In this document: positions 11,195-23,664 of the stretch, in pieces
How the letters are laid out: each line of letters opens with the position of its first letter
Numbering within the stretch: the first letter of the stretch is position 1
Assembly: GCA_965644295.1 (NCBI GenBank)
Contig: CBFFRP010000357.1
Location: 232,536-296,535 of the forward strand
Reading direction: 5' to 3'
Length of the DNA stretch: 64,000 nt
Origin: Paraphysomonas bandaiensis
Taxonomy: Eukaryota; Protista; Chrysophyceae
Position numbers and translations under genes: made by a program
The notes under the pieces: generated by a model
Told to the model about the DNA's origin: nothing
Databases searched by the model: none
The model's input: the letters and a program-made list of their open reading frames with translations, nothing else

Positions 11195-11540
11195 GAACAA
11201 ACGTGTGACACTTCTGCTTAAGTGTGCTTAAGGTGGACTCTTAGTCGTGCTGAATTGGTTTTCTTTGCGGCACCGAGAGGTTTATTTTATTATCCATGTA
11301 TGAAATTATTATAATATCCTGATTATCGTGTGTATCGATTACTTTTTCTTTACTGATTGAACCCCAATCACCTTCTTAATTCCACTTTTATACCGCTTTG
11401 GGTCGCTTCGTAATGGTACCCTCTGTATATAGTAAATGGGGCTTGTAGCTGTATTATAAATATTACAAATTAAGTTAAAATACTCTTACTTTAATTGTGA
11501 GATTGAAGAAAAGATGCCGCTAATTCAATATTCTATTATA

Positions 11541-12540
11541 CAGGGCCAGTCAACAATACATTGCAAGCAAAAATAAAAGATAATAATAATATTTTCAAGA
11601 CCAATAATAATTATTAAATACGTTGCAATATATTGATATATATTGGGCGCTAAGGAGAAGAAATGAGCTCGATCGGTAGAAACTAGTTATTAGTAGAGGT
11701 TACAACATTACTAGTAGCTACTCTAAGTGTTCCAACTCTTCGTCACTGTCGTCCTTATTCTTATGATCGGACAGTCCATCATCGATGACCTGTTGCACTG
11801 TCTTTGTGGTCCACAAGTGCTTATTGAAGCGAAGGAACAGCAGCAGTTCGAGGCGTCGTGGGGTCATTCCATGTCAAAAGTGTGTCATGATAACATTAGC
11901 TCCGCTGAACAAACGCTCCACAACGTTTGTTGTACTATATATGTGCTTGGTCAAACGGTATTGGGTGTCAAGCTGCCGTCGTAACTTCGTGCTGGCTCTA
12001 TGGCTTTCAAAAGCAGCAGCAGCGTTTCTTACATTTGTTACTTCGACGGCCCTATCCAGTGAATCAGCTTCTTCTATGTCTAACTGCAGTTCACCTTCTT
12101 GTTGTAGCAGCATATAGACACACAGCTAAATCCCTTAAATTCTTCTCGCAGCTGCAAAATTCGTGAATGCTCTGCTCTCTAAGAGATCGGTAGCAAAACT
12201 TTCATCATCCAAGTTGCAGTCGGACAGCTTTTCTTCAATCCCCACGTAGCGATTCACCATATATTAGCAAATACAGAACCCCATTTTATGCTGCTGAGAA
12301 GAGCCCACTTGGTCCCTCTTTTCCTCAGTTTACTGCTGTTCTTGAGTGTTCTCAAAGCGTTAGAAAGAGTTTGATGAGTCCGTGGTAATGAGTTTCAATG
12401 AAAGTCATCACTGCTAGATGCAGCTTGTGTGAAGAACAGCCAAACAGAGGAACGATTTCTTCAATCTAAAGCCCAATAAGTCTTGCCAATGTAGGGCTAG
12501 TTGCTGCGTTCGAGGTTTTATACTTTCCAAGCAGTGGTTG
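11541..12540 (-). mobile_element. Degenerate hAT-superfamily transposon remnant (oomycete/stramenopile type)
   Basis: Minus-strand fragments IVPLFGCSSHKLHLAV (CxxH), LRTLKNSSKLR, F..VS..LQQE and HIYSTTNVVERLFSGAN (hAT C-terminal dimerisation motif), broken by stops and frameshifts. Terminus CAGGGCCAGTCAACAATACATTGCAA at 11541. Confidence 0.8.
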
Positions 12541-12690
12541 CTATACCATTTCTAGATTTTTATCTTTATCTTCCATATCGGCATCCTTTGTATGTTTTTG
12601 TTCCAAGATGCCTCTAATATTGTATCGGCAGTCAGTATCTTATTTTTCGGAAATAAATTGAAAGAAATATTTTCTATATTACTGCAATAC

Positions 12691-12801
12691 AACTACGGCT
12701 GTAATACAGAGAATTGCTGTCTCAATATATGAGGCATTTTTGAACAAAAATACACCAAGGATGCCATTGCGACAATAATTATCTGTATTTCAGCCGTAGT
12801 T
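12691..12801. repeat. About 110-bp foldback (inverted repeat)
   Basis: AACTACGGCTGTAATACAGA (12691-12710) matches the reverse complement of TCTGTATTTCAGCCGTAGTT (12782-12801) at 19/20, extending imperfectly about 16 bp inward. Confidence 0.75.
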
Positions 12802-13021
12802 CTACTTCAGAAGAATTTTAAATTTCCGAAGGAAAAATATGATGCTTCTTCACTGCCGGCGTATGTATGTATGTACAGTATGCACATTCCTGTACGTACA
12901 TGACGGTGAATGTTCTGAGTTGAAGAATTTTCTTTTGTGTGGTCTGTGAAGTTGTGTTGAAGATACTTTTGTAATTTTTTTGTTGTCTCTCCAGCACTTT
13001 TGATTAACTTCGAAGAGTACT

Positions 13022-13812
13022 AAGCAACAAGCAACCAGCAACAAGCAACCAGCAACAAGCAACCAGCAACCAGAAACCAGCAACCAGCAACAAGCAACCA
13101 GCAACCAGAAACCAGCAACCAGCAACAAGCAACCAGAAACAAGCAACCAGCAACAAGCAACCAGCAACAAGCAACCAGCAACCAGAAACCAGCAACCAGC
13201 AACAAGCAACCAGCAACCAGAAACCAGCAACCAGCAACAAGCAACCAGAAACAAGCAACCAGCAACAAGCAACCAGCAACAAGCAACCAGCAACCAGAAA
13301 CCAGCAACCAGCAACAAGCAACCAGCAACAAGCAACCAGCAACAAGCAACCAGCAACAAGCAACCAGCAAGAAGCAACAATCAACCAGCAACCAGCAACA
13401 AGCAACCAGCAACAAGCAACCAGAAACAAGCAACCAGAAACAATCAACAAGCAACCAGCAACCAGCAACAAGCAACCAGCAACAAGCAACCAGCAACAAG
13501 CAACCAGCAACCAGCAAGAAGCAACAATCAACCAGCAACCAGCAACAATCAACCAGAAACAAGCAACAAGCAACCAGCAACAAGCAACCAGCAACAAGCA
13601 ACCAGCAACAAGCAACCAGCAACAAGCAACCAGAAACAAGCAACCAGAAACAATCAACAAGCAACCAGCAACCAGCAACAAGCAACCAGCAACAAGCAAC
13701 CAGCAACAAGCAACCAGCAACCAGCAAGAAGCAACAATCAACCAGCAACCAGCAACAATCAACCAGAAACAAGCAACAAGCAACCAGAAACAAGCAACAA
13801 GCAACCAGCAAG
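13022..13812. repeat. 7-bp-unit minisatellite (AAGCAAC / CAGCAAC / CAGAAAC / AATCAAC variants) with higher-order blocks
   Basis: Direct observation; ends about 30 bp before the ATG at 13841. Confidence 0.95.
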
Positions 13813-13840
13813 AAGCAGCAACGGTAACCAGAAAGATACC

Positions 13841-15193
13841 ATGCAAGCATCATCCCCTCAACTGAAAAGTATCGTGTTCGTACATCCAACGAATTATCTC
13901 CGTTTTCAAATCCGTGGCATTCACGATAAGCCAACCACTCTCAACCAATGTACCAAGTCTACCCTAATAGACTTAGGTGAAAAACTCTGTGATGTCATAC
14001 TCACTGGAAAGAAAATGGAAATTAAGGATGAATTGGAGGAACTTTTGTATAAAGCGTACCTTAAGCGTCCATTGAATAAGTACCCTCGCAAGAAAGGGAA
14101 GGTCACTCTTTCTCTTGGTGTTGGACTCTTCCAATTCGTTTTTCTTCAGGATCAGAATGATCGTATTTCTACTAAAGACAAATTGAGTTCTTTAGAACTT
14201 GAAGTGATCTGTACTGCCCTTAAACTCAATGTCGGCTCGAAACGTACAAAGAAAGAAATGTTGGAACTAATCATGACTCACCTTTATTCCCTCAAACCCC
14301 AGAGCTATCCTCTCAAATTTTCTCGCGATCACCGGGAATGTGCTCATGAAATGTGCCAGCAAGTGCTTGATGCAAATCGTTTTCACTACTGCTCTCGCCA
14401 CCACAAGCAAGAAGTCATTGCGAATTACCTTGCAAGATACACTGAAAACAATGATGCCATGGGAGTGTACCTAGCAAAGTTACTGCTGCACGAAGCCTTG
14501 AATAAGCGTACAAACAACCTCCAACCTCTACTTCAAGCTGATCCTCCACCGATACCTCAATGGGTCAAGACAAATATGGATGTATTCAAATTTTACGAGC
14601 CATATATTCCTTTATTGCTGACAGCGCTTGGGGCGAATGTTGACAATTCGCCAAACTCTGCGCGAAAAGATCAGCAATTGCGTAGCAAGCAACTGGCGAA
14701 TATGTTCCGCTCGAAGAGCCACACGAAGATACGCCTGATGGATGGACATTGTGGATTTCTCTTCCTCTTCATCTCCGAACTTATCAAAAAGTACTCCTAT
14801 AAGGGAATGAAGAAAATTGAGCAAATAATTAATCGCACATGCATTGAGCTTGTGGATATTGATAATGATGTGACCAAGTGGCATAGAATGATGTATCCGT
14901 CATTCAAATGCGTTACTGAAGATATCTTCTCAGGTCCCATTACCGATACCACACTACTGTATCCCAATTTCTGCGGTGTGAGCAAATCTTGGAAGAACGT
15001 GAAGCATTATCTGGAGCATGTTGAAGTGAAGGAGTTCTTGTTGTCTTTTTCACTTCGTAATGCAGGCGACAAGCCACGCTCTCTGAGATATATTTGTAGG
15101 GAAGCAAATCTCAAATGCACGAAGGTGGAGACTGGACGGAACAACTTTATCACGTTTATTATAACCAATAAACGAAGTGCAAAGGATGACTAA
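13841..15193 (+). CDS. Orphan 450-aa protein: two SAP/HeH-like motifs, C-x4-C-x11-C-x2-H Zn motif, C-terminal class I SAM-methyltransferase-like fold
   Basis: Intronless ORF. SAP-like LNQCTKSTLIDLGEKL..LTGKKMEIKDEL and DKLSSLELEVICTALKLNVGSKRTKKEMLELI; Zn motif CAHEMC...YCSRHH; then IRLMDGHCG, IELVDID, VTEDIF, LLYPNFCG, FLLSFSLR in Rossmann MTase order. Confidence 0.65.
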   Translation: MQASSPQLKSIVFVHPTNYLRFQIRGIHDKPTTLNQCTKSTLIDLGEKLCDVILTGKKMEIKDELEELLYKAYLKRPLNKYPRKKGKVTLSLGVGLFQFVFLQDQNDRISTKDKLSSLELEVICTALKLNVGSKRTKKEMLELIMTHLYSLKPQSYPLKFSRDHRECAHEMCQQVLDANRFHYCSRHHKQEVIANYLARYTENNDAMGVYLAKLLLHEALNKRTNNLQPLLQADPPPIPQWVKTNMDVFKFYEPYIPLLLTALGANVDNSPNSARKDQQLRSKQLANMFRSKSHTKIRLMDGHCGFLFLFISELIKKYSYKGMKKIEQIINRTCIELVDIDNDVTKWHRMMYPSFKCVTEDIFSGPITDTTLLYPNFCGVSKSWKNVKHYLEHVEVKEFLLSFSLRNAGDKPRSLRYICREANLKCTKVETGRNNFITFIITNKRSAKDD

Positions 15194-15900
15194 AGTTCGG
15201 GAAGGCATACTAGCACTTATTACTAATTACTATTCAAAATATTGAATAGAAACATGCCCAATAATCACGGCCTTTTCGTGGCGGGTGTGATAAGTAGCAG
15301 CCAGTTATTGGCAGTAGCACGGCTGTGAAACTAACTGTGATTAAAAAATATCGTATTATACTTGCAAATAGTTTTCTACAACAAGGGTCTTTTTAACTCT
15401 TCACACATAGACCGACTATCTCTACAATATGTTTCTGTGGACTAAGCATTGTGTTTTACCTATCTTTTACACGATGAACACTTAACGTGCTTGAATTTTG
15501 TATTTTTCTTGAAAACTAAGACTATTCTTGCAATGTACATCACAAATAAATTGCATGTGTATATCGAGTTACTGGTTTGATCTACAGGTCAGAACGGAAG
15601 AATTTTTTCGCGAACAGGTGCGACACGATGCTGGCATAGATTTACTCAACAATTTATACAAATATTGTTGAGTTAATCTAATACAATATTCATTCCCTGC
15701 CATTAATATTTTCATTTTCATTGAAACCATATTTTGCAGTTTCATACTCGAAACCATACTCGGGAAGACATATAACTACTAGAAAATAAATTTAGAAAGG
15801 AAAATTTTTTAGTTATAGGGCTGAGCCCAAACGAAAATCGGCATCACATATCTACACATTGATGTAAAGTGTAATACATTTCTCACCCAAGAAAACACAC

Positions 15901-18703
15901 TCAATGATCACTTTTATTTTGGGAAAAAAACTTTTTCACGTCCCCATTTCCACCATCGGTAGCCATGTCATATTCTCTATTGAAGTAGTCAACTGAAGTT
16001 TTCAGATTCATGAAGGTAATATTCAGCTCGTTTTGTAATTCTCTTAGCTTCCGCCAGAATAGAGTTCTACCTGTGAGAACTCTATCTCCCTGATAAAGCA
16101 AGTACAAAATAAAAAGATGTCGGGAATACGGCAACTATTCCCACCAATGTCAAATACATAACATATTTTAATGGAAGTTGGAATCACATTACTAATAAAT
16201 ACAAACCTCATTCCAGTTTCCTTTGTGAGTAGCCCAAAACGCATACGTTACTGTGTTCTTTGGCACATCCATGCCAACACAATACCATTCGAATTCCTAT
16301 TACAAAGAAATAAGAGATGTCACATAGTTACTATATATGTTGTACATACGATGGGAAATCAGTACCTACACAACCTACCTTCCAGTATTTGGGATGTTCC
16401 ACGAGGAAGTAATGCTCCAGTCGCCCAATAAATTCATCGATACGATCCTGTGATACAAAAGCCAATGGCATTTACAACTCATGTCGTACATCACACACAA
16501 GACCACAGTGACACATAAAACGTATACCCAATAGTCAAAAAGCTCGAATATCATTCAATTAAAATTTAACAAGTAGCCATATATTCCCACCTCTGATACA
16601 GCATCTGGTCCAGAATTACAAAAATCCATCGATATATCAAATACAGCATTCTTACTGTCATTTAGATTGATCACATTCGAATGGAACAATAGATGGTTGG
16701 GAATATTCAGCTGCAACCAAAAATCAGAACGTACTATTGTCACAGTGCTAGAAATAACTTACTTTTTCGTGGACTGGGGTAATTACGGTGGTATACATCA
16801 GCGTAATTGATGATACTGTCCCCAATACACCTGTCTTGCGGCTGTTGCCGATTACAATTTTATTCCCTACATCATAGGGGATGACGAATATAACGTATGA
16901 CATAGAGAGGAACACGTTGCTTATCATTGGCCCAATTGCAAATGATACACCGAAGAGTATAGTAAGCAAAGGAGCGATTAGATTGAGTGTATTAAGCTCC
17001 AAGATAATTTGCCCCACCAAAAACATTATCACCCAGAACACTACATTGGCAATATTCAGGACAGACTGATGCAAAACTTGAAGATCAGTAAGAGAGGCAG
17101 AGCTGAACCTAACCTCCTTGTACACAGTCACCAAGGCATCCACCACTTTATCCTCTGTAACAGTATCCGTTTCCTTATCTTCCGTACAGAACAACTTCAG
17201 TGTGGTTGCTATATAATCCTTAATTGTCTCTTCATCCAAATCGCCAAAGTAACTCCGAACCGCATTCACCAAAGCCCTTCCACTGATAACTTTTTCTGAT
17301 GACCGGCGTGTTCGGTTGGTCATACCAGTCTGCATATGCATGTGAAGTCTCCGCCCGAAGAACTTCGCATGATTAGTTTTTCGAATTTTTACCACGCCGC
17401 TGCATGTTGTTACAGTCAGGGCACCAGATTGTAGCGCATGCACGCGCTTCCAGAATGACTTGTGACGCTGCAGTTCCTCTTCTGCGTCCTCATCACCTAT
17501 CGCTTCATCCTTCAGTGCGTCTTTTGATGCCGCCACTACCTCGGAAAAGAAGTCCACTACTTTCTTCTTCTTCCCTGAAAGATAACATTTAGTATATCCA
17601 GCGTACACTGCAGTCATGCTACTGGTAATCTACTCTAAACGTGGGTGCCACATTCTACAATGATATACAGCATACATTCACATTCTACCTGCGTGAGGCG
17701 ATTGTCCAAATGAGTCCATAGAGTTGGCTCTAGATGGCTCTGCAGGCTTATCTGCCTGGCTGCTGGTGGCATCGCTGGGGCAGGTAGTATTTCCAAACGA
17801 CCGTACTGATGATAATGCGGAGATGATAAATTGGGATTTCTCAATATTCTCGAGACGTTCTCTCAGTCGGCGTTCAAGTAGGTGCATATAGTGCCTGCCA
17901 GATCATATAATAAAGAGAGCTTGCCCAATGAACTTATACGCGTATCAAAAATGAACGGGTATACATTGACTCTAGCATGTTGCCATTTACGTGACATACC
18001 TTCTGACAATTCCTTTCTTCCAAGCATAGCATACCAGTATAATAAGCACCATTGTGATAAAATCCTCCACAGCCAAGGACACAGATGGTAACTTCAGCTG
18101 AATTGGATACCGAGTGTTAACCAACACACTAATGGTTAACATATGACCCAGTGGACCGTAGAGGGAATTCAGGTAATAGACTACGTCATAAGGCCCATAC
18201 CACAATATCTCAAGAGCATAAAACACAACATTTTCTAAAACTGATGTGCATGCATTGACCAGCATCACTATATTCACAAGTCTGAACCATTCTGCTGAAG
18301 TCAGGCCTCTGATGTGTCGATCACTGAATTGTCCCCCTGAAAATAGCACGAGCCCCAAGAACACTATAATTATAACATACCATCTTACGCGACGCTTGAG
18401 GCTACGAAATATAGCCATCAAAAGCCCACGAGGGAAGAATTTTTCATAGCAGTTATTTGATGTGACCATAGAGGAGAAGTGAGTCGTATCTGTAAGAGAC
18501 AAAAGCTGTTCATTTGAGTTTCGTCTCATGAGGTGGCCGTGTTTTTGCTCAATATCAGCTATAATTTCATCAGAGGGGTCAATGTATTTTGCGCGAAATG
18601 ATTTTCGCTCTTGACTTTTATTGGATAGGGGCTTAATTTCATTCGATTGTCCCACTCCCTCTTCCATTTCTTGTGCATCGAAGGCTTGCACTCTACTGGA
18701 CAT
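15901..18703 (-). CDS. MscS-like mechanosensitive ion channel (multi-exon)
   Basis: N-terminal TM exon; TM3 region LFGVSFAIGPMISNVFLSMSYVIFVIPYDVGNKIVIG...VSSITLMYTTV followed by IPNHLL..NVINL, typical of eukaryotic MSL proteins. Confidence 0.85.
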
Positions 18704-19258
18704 TATATGCACGAACTGATCAATTCAATTGACTCCAACTCCTCAGTACCACTTGATATGCATAAAAAACCTAGTACATTATAATATAATGCAATATATT
18801 GATGTTATTAAGGTATATTGATGCAATGGGACTAGTCAGTTATGTATATGCATATGGTTGACGTGGATTTCATAGTTAAGATTCTGTACACAGTGTACAT
18901 ACATCATATGGTGGTATATACCACTCGATGACGTACTCATATGTATTCTTCTTATAGTATACAGAGTGTAGTTACCAAGAATACCTGCAGAGAAAGGTCT
19001 TGTTTTTTCATATGATGCATAGTTGCGGTTCCGGGATCAGGTATGTATTTTCCCAATACAATTCTAGAAACTGGTGATTTTTGGGAAAGAAATGTATATG
19101 TACTTTGTACATATACATATGCAGGTACTGTACGCCGTACACTCACCACATCTCCATATCCAGATATGGATACATATATATGCGTAGTCAGGGTAGCGTG
19201 AAGTAAGTCGAAGTATGCCGAAGTAAGCCAGTCATATACAACATACGTGAAGAACAGC

Positions 19259-20429
19259 ATAGAAGTATATGAATTGAGTGCGTGTATCCCTATAGGAGTA
19301 TATGAATTGAGTGCGTGTATCCCTATAGGAGTATATGAATTGAGTGCGTGTATCCCTATAGGAGTATATGAATTGAGTGCGTGTATCCCTATAGGAGTAT
19401 ATGAATTGAGTGCGTGTATCCCTATAGGAGTATATGAATTGAGTGCGTGTATCCCTATAGGAGTATATGAATTGAGTGCGTGTATCCCTATAGGAGTATA
19501 TGAATTGAGTGCGTGTATCCCTATAGGAGTATATGAATTGAGTGCGTGTATCCCTATAGAAGTATATGAATTGAGTGCGTGTATCCCTATAGGAGTATAT
19601 GAATTGAGTGCGTGTATCCCTATAGAAGTATATGAATTGAGTGCGTGTATCCCTATAGAAGTATATGAATTGAGTGCGTGTATCCCTATAGAAGTATATG
19701 AATTGAGTGCGTGTATCCCTATAGGAGTATATGAATTGAGTGCGTGTATCCCTATAGAAGTATATGAATTGAGTGCGTGTATCCCTATAGGAGTATATGA
19801 ATTGAGTGCGTGTATCCCTATAGAAGTATATGAATTGAGTGCGTGTATCCCTATAGAAGTATATGAATTGAGTGCGTGTATCCCTATAGAAGTATATGAA
19901 TTGAGTGCGTGTATCCCTATAGGAGTATATGAATTGAGTGCGTGTATCCCTATAGGAGTATATGAATTGAGTGCGTGTATCCCTATAGAAGTATATGAAT
20001 TGAGTGCGTGTATCCCTATAGGAGTATATGAATTGAGTGCGTGTATCCCTATAGGAGTATATGAATTGAGTGCGTGTATCCCTATAGAAGTATATGAATT
20101 GAGTGCGTGTATCCCTATAGGAGTATATGAATTGAGTGCGTGTATCCCTATAGAAGTATATGAATTGAGTGCGTGTATCCCTATAGGAGTATATGAATTG
20201 AGTGCGTGTATCCCTATAGAAGTATATGAATTGAGTGCGTGTATCCCTATAGAAGTATATGAATTGAGTGCGTGTATCCCTATAGGAGTATATGAATTGA
20301 GTGCGTGTATCCCTATAGAAGTATATGAATTGAGTGCGTGTATCCCTATAGGAGTATATGAATTGAGTGCGTGTATCCCTATAGAAGTATATGAATTGAG
20401 TGCGTGTATCCCTATAGAAGTATATGAAT
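19259..20429. repeat. 33-bp minisatellite, about 35.5 copies, two single-base variants
   Basis: Unit TATAG(G/A)AGTATATGAATTGAGTGCGTGTATCCC. Confidence 0.99.
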
Positions 20430-20472
20430 ATATACCACACCACCATTACACAACATTGCCCCATATTTCTAT

Positions 20473-21301
20473 ATGGGTTAACCCTCTCAGCTCTCTTCTT
20501 AGAGTAGTATTATGTCTATTAGCAGTTGTCTCAAGTGCGTGTTCTGATATGTAACTATTACTGTATTTACTAACTGTGTTTATTATTAGGCGGCAGTTCA
20601 CTGATCAACCGGACCCCTATGATGAAAGCCAGGTCTGGTTTCGAGAATTCACTAATAGAGCCGGTGAGGTAGTGCTCTTTCAGCTCTATAGTGGTAGTGG
20701 TGGGTTCACATACCCCAATCGACAGGTACATAAGTTGCTACTCTGAACTGTACATCGCTTATGTTCTATCGCAGCTATTAGGACGTCTGTTTGGTGAAGT
20801 GCACCCGAAAGGTAGTTGCCAAAAGTTTCACTCAATGCATCACCTTTATCGTCAACAGGCTATTGGGTGAATAGAGAAAGCTTTGATTCATCTCTAAAGC
20901 GAAAAGGTCTCAGAAGTGCCGGGAAACTGAAAGCCAATGCATGGACTGTATCAGCTCTAGTATGCCCTAAAACTCGTGATGGAAGAGATGTTTCAGAGGG
21001 TCTACTAACTACCACTGAGAAAGAGCTTATTGCTTGCATACCCATTGCCAGGGAGCACATCATTTCCACGATTTTAGAGCAGCCTGGACTTGAGCATACA
21101 CATTTCAATTTTGTTCGTGTAAATTTAGAGGACACAAGCCTCCCCTATCATGAGTCACAGCTTGCAGCTCTAGGTTTTTTTGCAACGAATTACGTGGATG
21201 AATCAGCAATTACAGTGGCGGAACAGAAGGAGCCTTTGTCCCCTGTATATCACCGAGCAACATATCACCATATTGAGGTTCAACACACTGGGACGAGGTA
21301 G
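20473..21301 (+). CDS. Hypothetical, probably secreted protein (spliced)
   Basis: GT-AG introns join (M)VNPLSSLLRVVLCLLAVVSSACSDM-RQFTDQPDPYDESQVWFREF...-LLGRLFGEVHPK-GYWVNRESF... in frame. ATG 20473 is out of frame by one G in ATGGG (possible homopolymer error). The 3' end is uncertain. Confidence 0.55.
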
Positions 21302-22535
21302 TGTTTGGTGATGTACCGTAATTTGTGCTATCTTCCGTATTGATATATATTTCATTTCTTTTTTTGTATACCTGGTGGTCTCATTCATAAACGCCTTTGA
21401 CTTACAAATGATACGTCGTATTTCAGCAGATGTACTGAAAAGCGCGATACCTCATAATATTTAATTTCTTTTAAACAATTTGTTGGATTTTGAACAAGCG
21501 TTGTATGTAAAGTTGTGTCGCAAATCTAGTCCATTCTACACAAGTATTATTTTGTCCTCCGTCACACTGTGTTTAGACATTGATCTATAATCTTATTTTT
21601 CCTTAGTACTGTAGACTAGAGTATACAGAAATCATACATCAGTAGTTATCCACTTCTCTTAATATTCATTTATTTGTTAATACTTAGTTACATTGGTCAA
21701 ATAGTGCAGAACATAGTTATTGTATTATGCAATTACCCAGAGGTGATGCATCAAGGGAGATCTACTCTGAAAGTCCAGTATAATTATTACTGAGGAATTC
21801 GATAATGACACCTATGCATGTCTATATCTTTAAGCAACTGCCAGACTCACATTAACTGCACGAATACACCATTGTTGCGTCATGATTAAATAATATATCT
21901 CGGGTGAATATATTGTAGTGTATAACATGCGGTGTGGCTGGGTGGGTGAACAACGAAGAATAAATAACAGCTCTGAACAATCATATCAACGAATGTATTA
22001 TATATTACTACACATTAAACAAATTACTATCACTGTCAACATCGTGCAGTTCACTGTATTGTATGCACTCTTACATGCATCCTGTATATATCATACATCC
22101 TCGATGTTATTGAGCCGGGAGTGTGGATTCACTTTCTCATCTGAATTGTATATATGAGCATTGGAATCTGAAAGCATTCAGTATAACCCAAATTACACAC
22201 TAGCTGATATATATGCTTTTAAATCTGCTAATAAATATGTATCCATATGATATCTTGCATATCTATCAGCCACATATCGCTCTATGGAGGATATGCATGG
22301 TGCCAGTATACTCTATACTGCTGTTTTATAGGCAGCCTTTTTGCCGGTTTTAAAGGTATACCATCTTGAAACCCCTTATTTCTATCTCCAATATCAGATT
22401 TTTCTGTACACTATATAAATATTGCATTAGAATACATATGGAGTTTCTCTATGCATATATCTTGGCTTGTTATATATACAAGTATGGCAATAGCTCATAG
22501 TTTAAATCATATAGAAACAACACACCTCAGCATAG

Positions 22536-23382
22536 ATGACATCAAATCCAAATACTAATATATCAATCTCTGAGTCCCCTATAAGGGTACGTGAACCATT
22601 ATTAGATCAAGTGTTTGTGGATGGTGTGAGAGTCTTGGGGTTTGGTAGTTTGATGTCTCCTTTATCAGGTACTGCACTGTATGTACTGTAAGGTGTCTTG
22701 ATACACTCACATATCATCCCACTGTATAACCCAATGCACTATTTATGTATCCCTTACATTTTTTTTCTTAGCCAGAGGGACGTTTCCTAGCCTTCAAGAC
22801 TTCAAGACAGTTCGCGTACATGGATATCGACGTGTGTTTTCTGTGCCAGGGTGTATATTTTTTGATCACGGTATTGCTGATTTATCGTCGCTGAAAATTG
22901 CTGGTTTATCAGTAGAGAAAGCAGAGGGATGTAGTTTCATTGCGGCTGCATTTACAATAGCAGATAATACCGCGGATACCTTTCTGCGGCGAGAAAATAC
23001 CTATGACTTTGAACTGGTACCTTATGAAGTGATTGGGGAAGGAGAGGAAGAGAAAACGGAGACAGGTCTCATGTGCGTATCGTCCACAGACGAGAAGTAC
23101 ATATCTCGTTGGGGTCAAGATGTATTTGATTCCCTTTATCGGGCCAGAGGTGTCCATACAATATGGGGTTGGGGCGAGACCAGTGGTATACTGCCCTGTG
23201 ATGTGTATTTACGACACTGCTACTTGAGCGCCCAAGCACTTTCCCAACTTGCACTCAATAGTTTCTTGGACGATACATATCTTGCAGATAGAAAGACGAC
23301 TATTCGTTCCTATTTACAGCAGAACGAGACTATACTGCAGTGTGAGCCACCTCCATCTCTGATTGGACGATATAGTGGCTAG
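22536..23382 (+). CDS. Gamma-glutamylcyclotransferase (GGCT)-fold conserved protein, 2 exons
   Basis: VLGFGSLMS|ARGTFPSLQDF..VRVHGYRRVF...PCDVYLRHC...FLDDTYLADRKTTIRSYL...RYSG; the FGSL motif marks the GGCT/AIG2-like fold. Confidence 0.7.
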
Positions 23383-23664
23383 TAGTTCGCAGAAAGTTGA
23401 AGCTTTTGATTGAGAATGAATATGTCGATTGTGGGGCTGCCTGGTGCAGACTATATAAGACTGCATCGAAGTAGGCACGTATATATACATAGGCATTCTT
23501 GGATTAAATGGGCACGCAAGGTATATATAATATAATAGAAGTATTGTAGTTACAGATACACGGCCGTGGTATTTTTATTAAAAATTAGAGAGTTATACTG
23601 TGACTTGATTCTTATAAACTAAATATGTAGATGATTCATCAGAACCAACAGAGAACACATACTG

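Noticed and set aside
12850-13934. Leu/Val/Cys/Trp-rich minus-strand ORFs
   Set aside because: Translations of the 7-bp minisatellite, open in all three frames.
15265-15300. Helitron 3' end for the MTase-like segment
   Set aside because: The hairpin is weak, there is no CTRR terminus and no A|T insertion site.
19259-20429. 33-bp array as a CRISPR array
   Set aside because: Units are head-to-tail with no unique spacers, there are no cas genes, and the context is eukaryotic.
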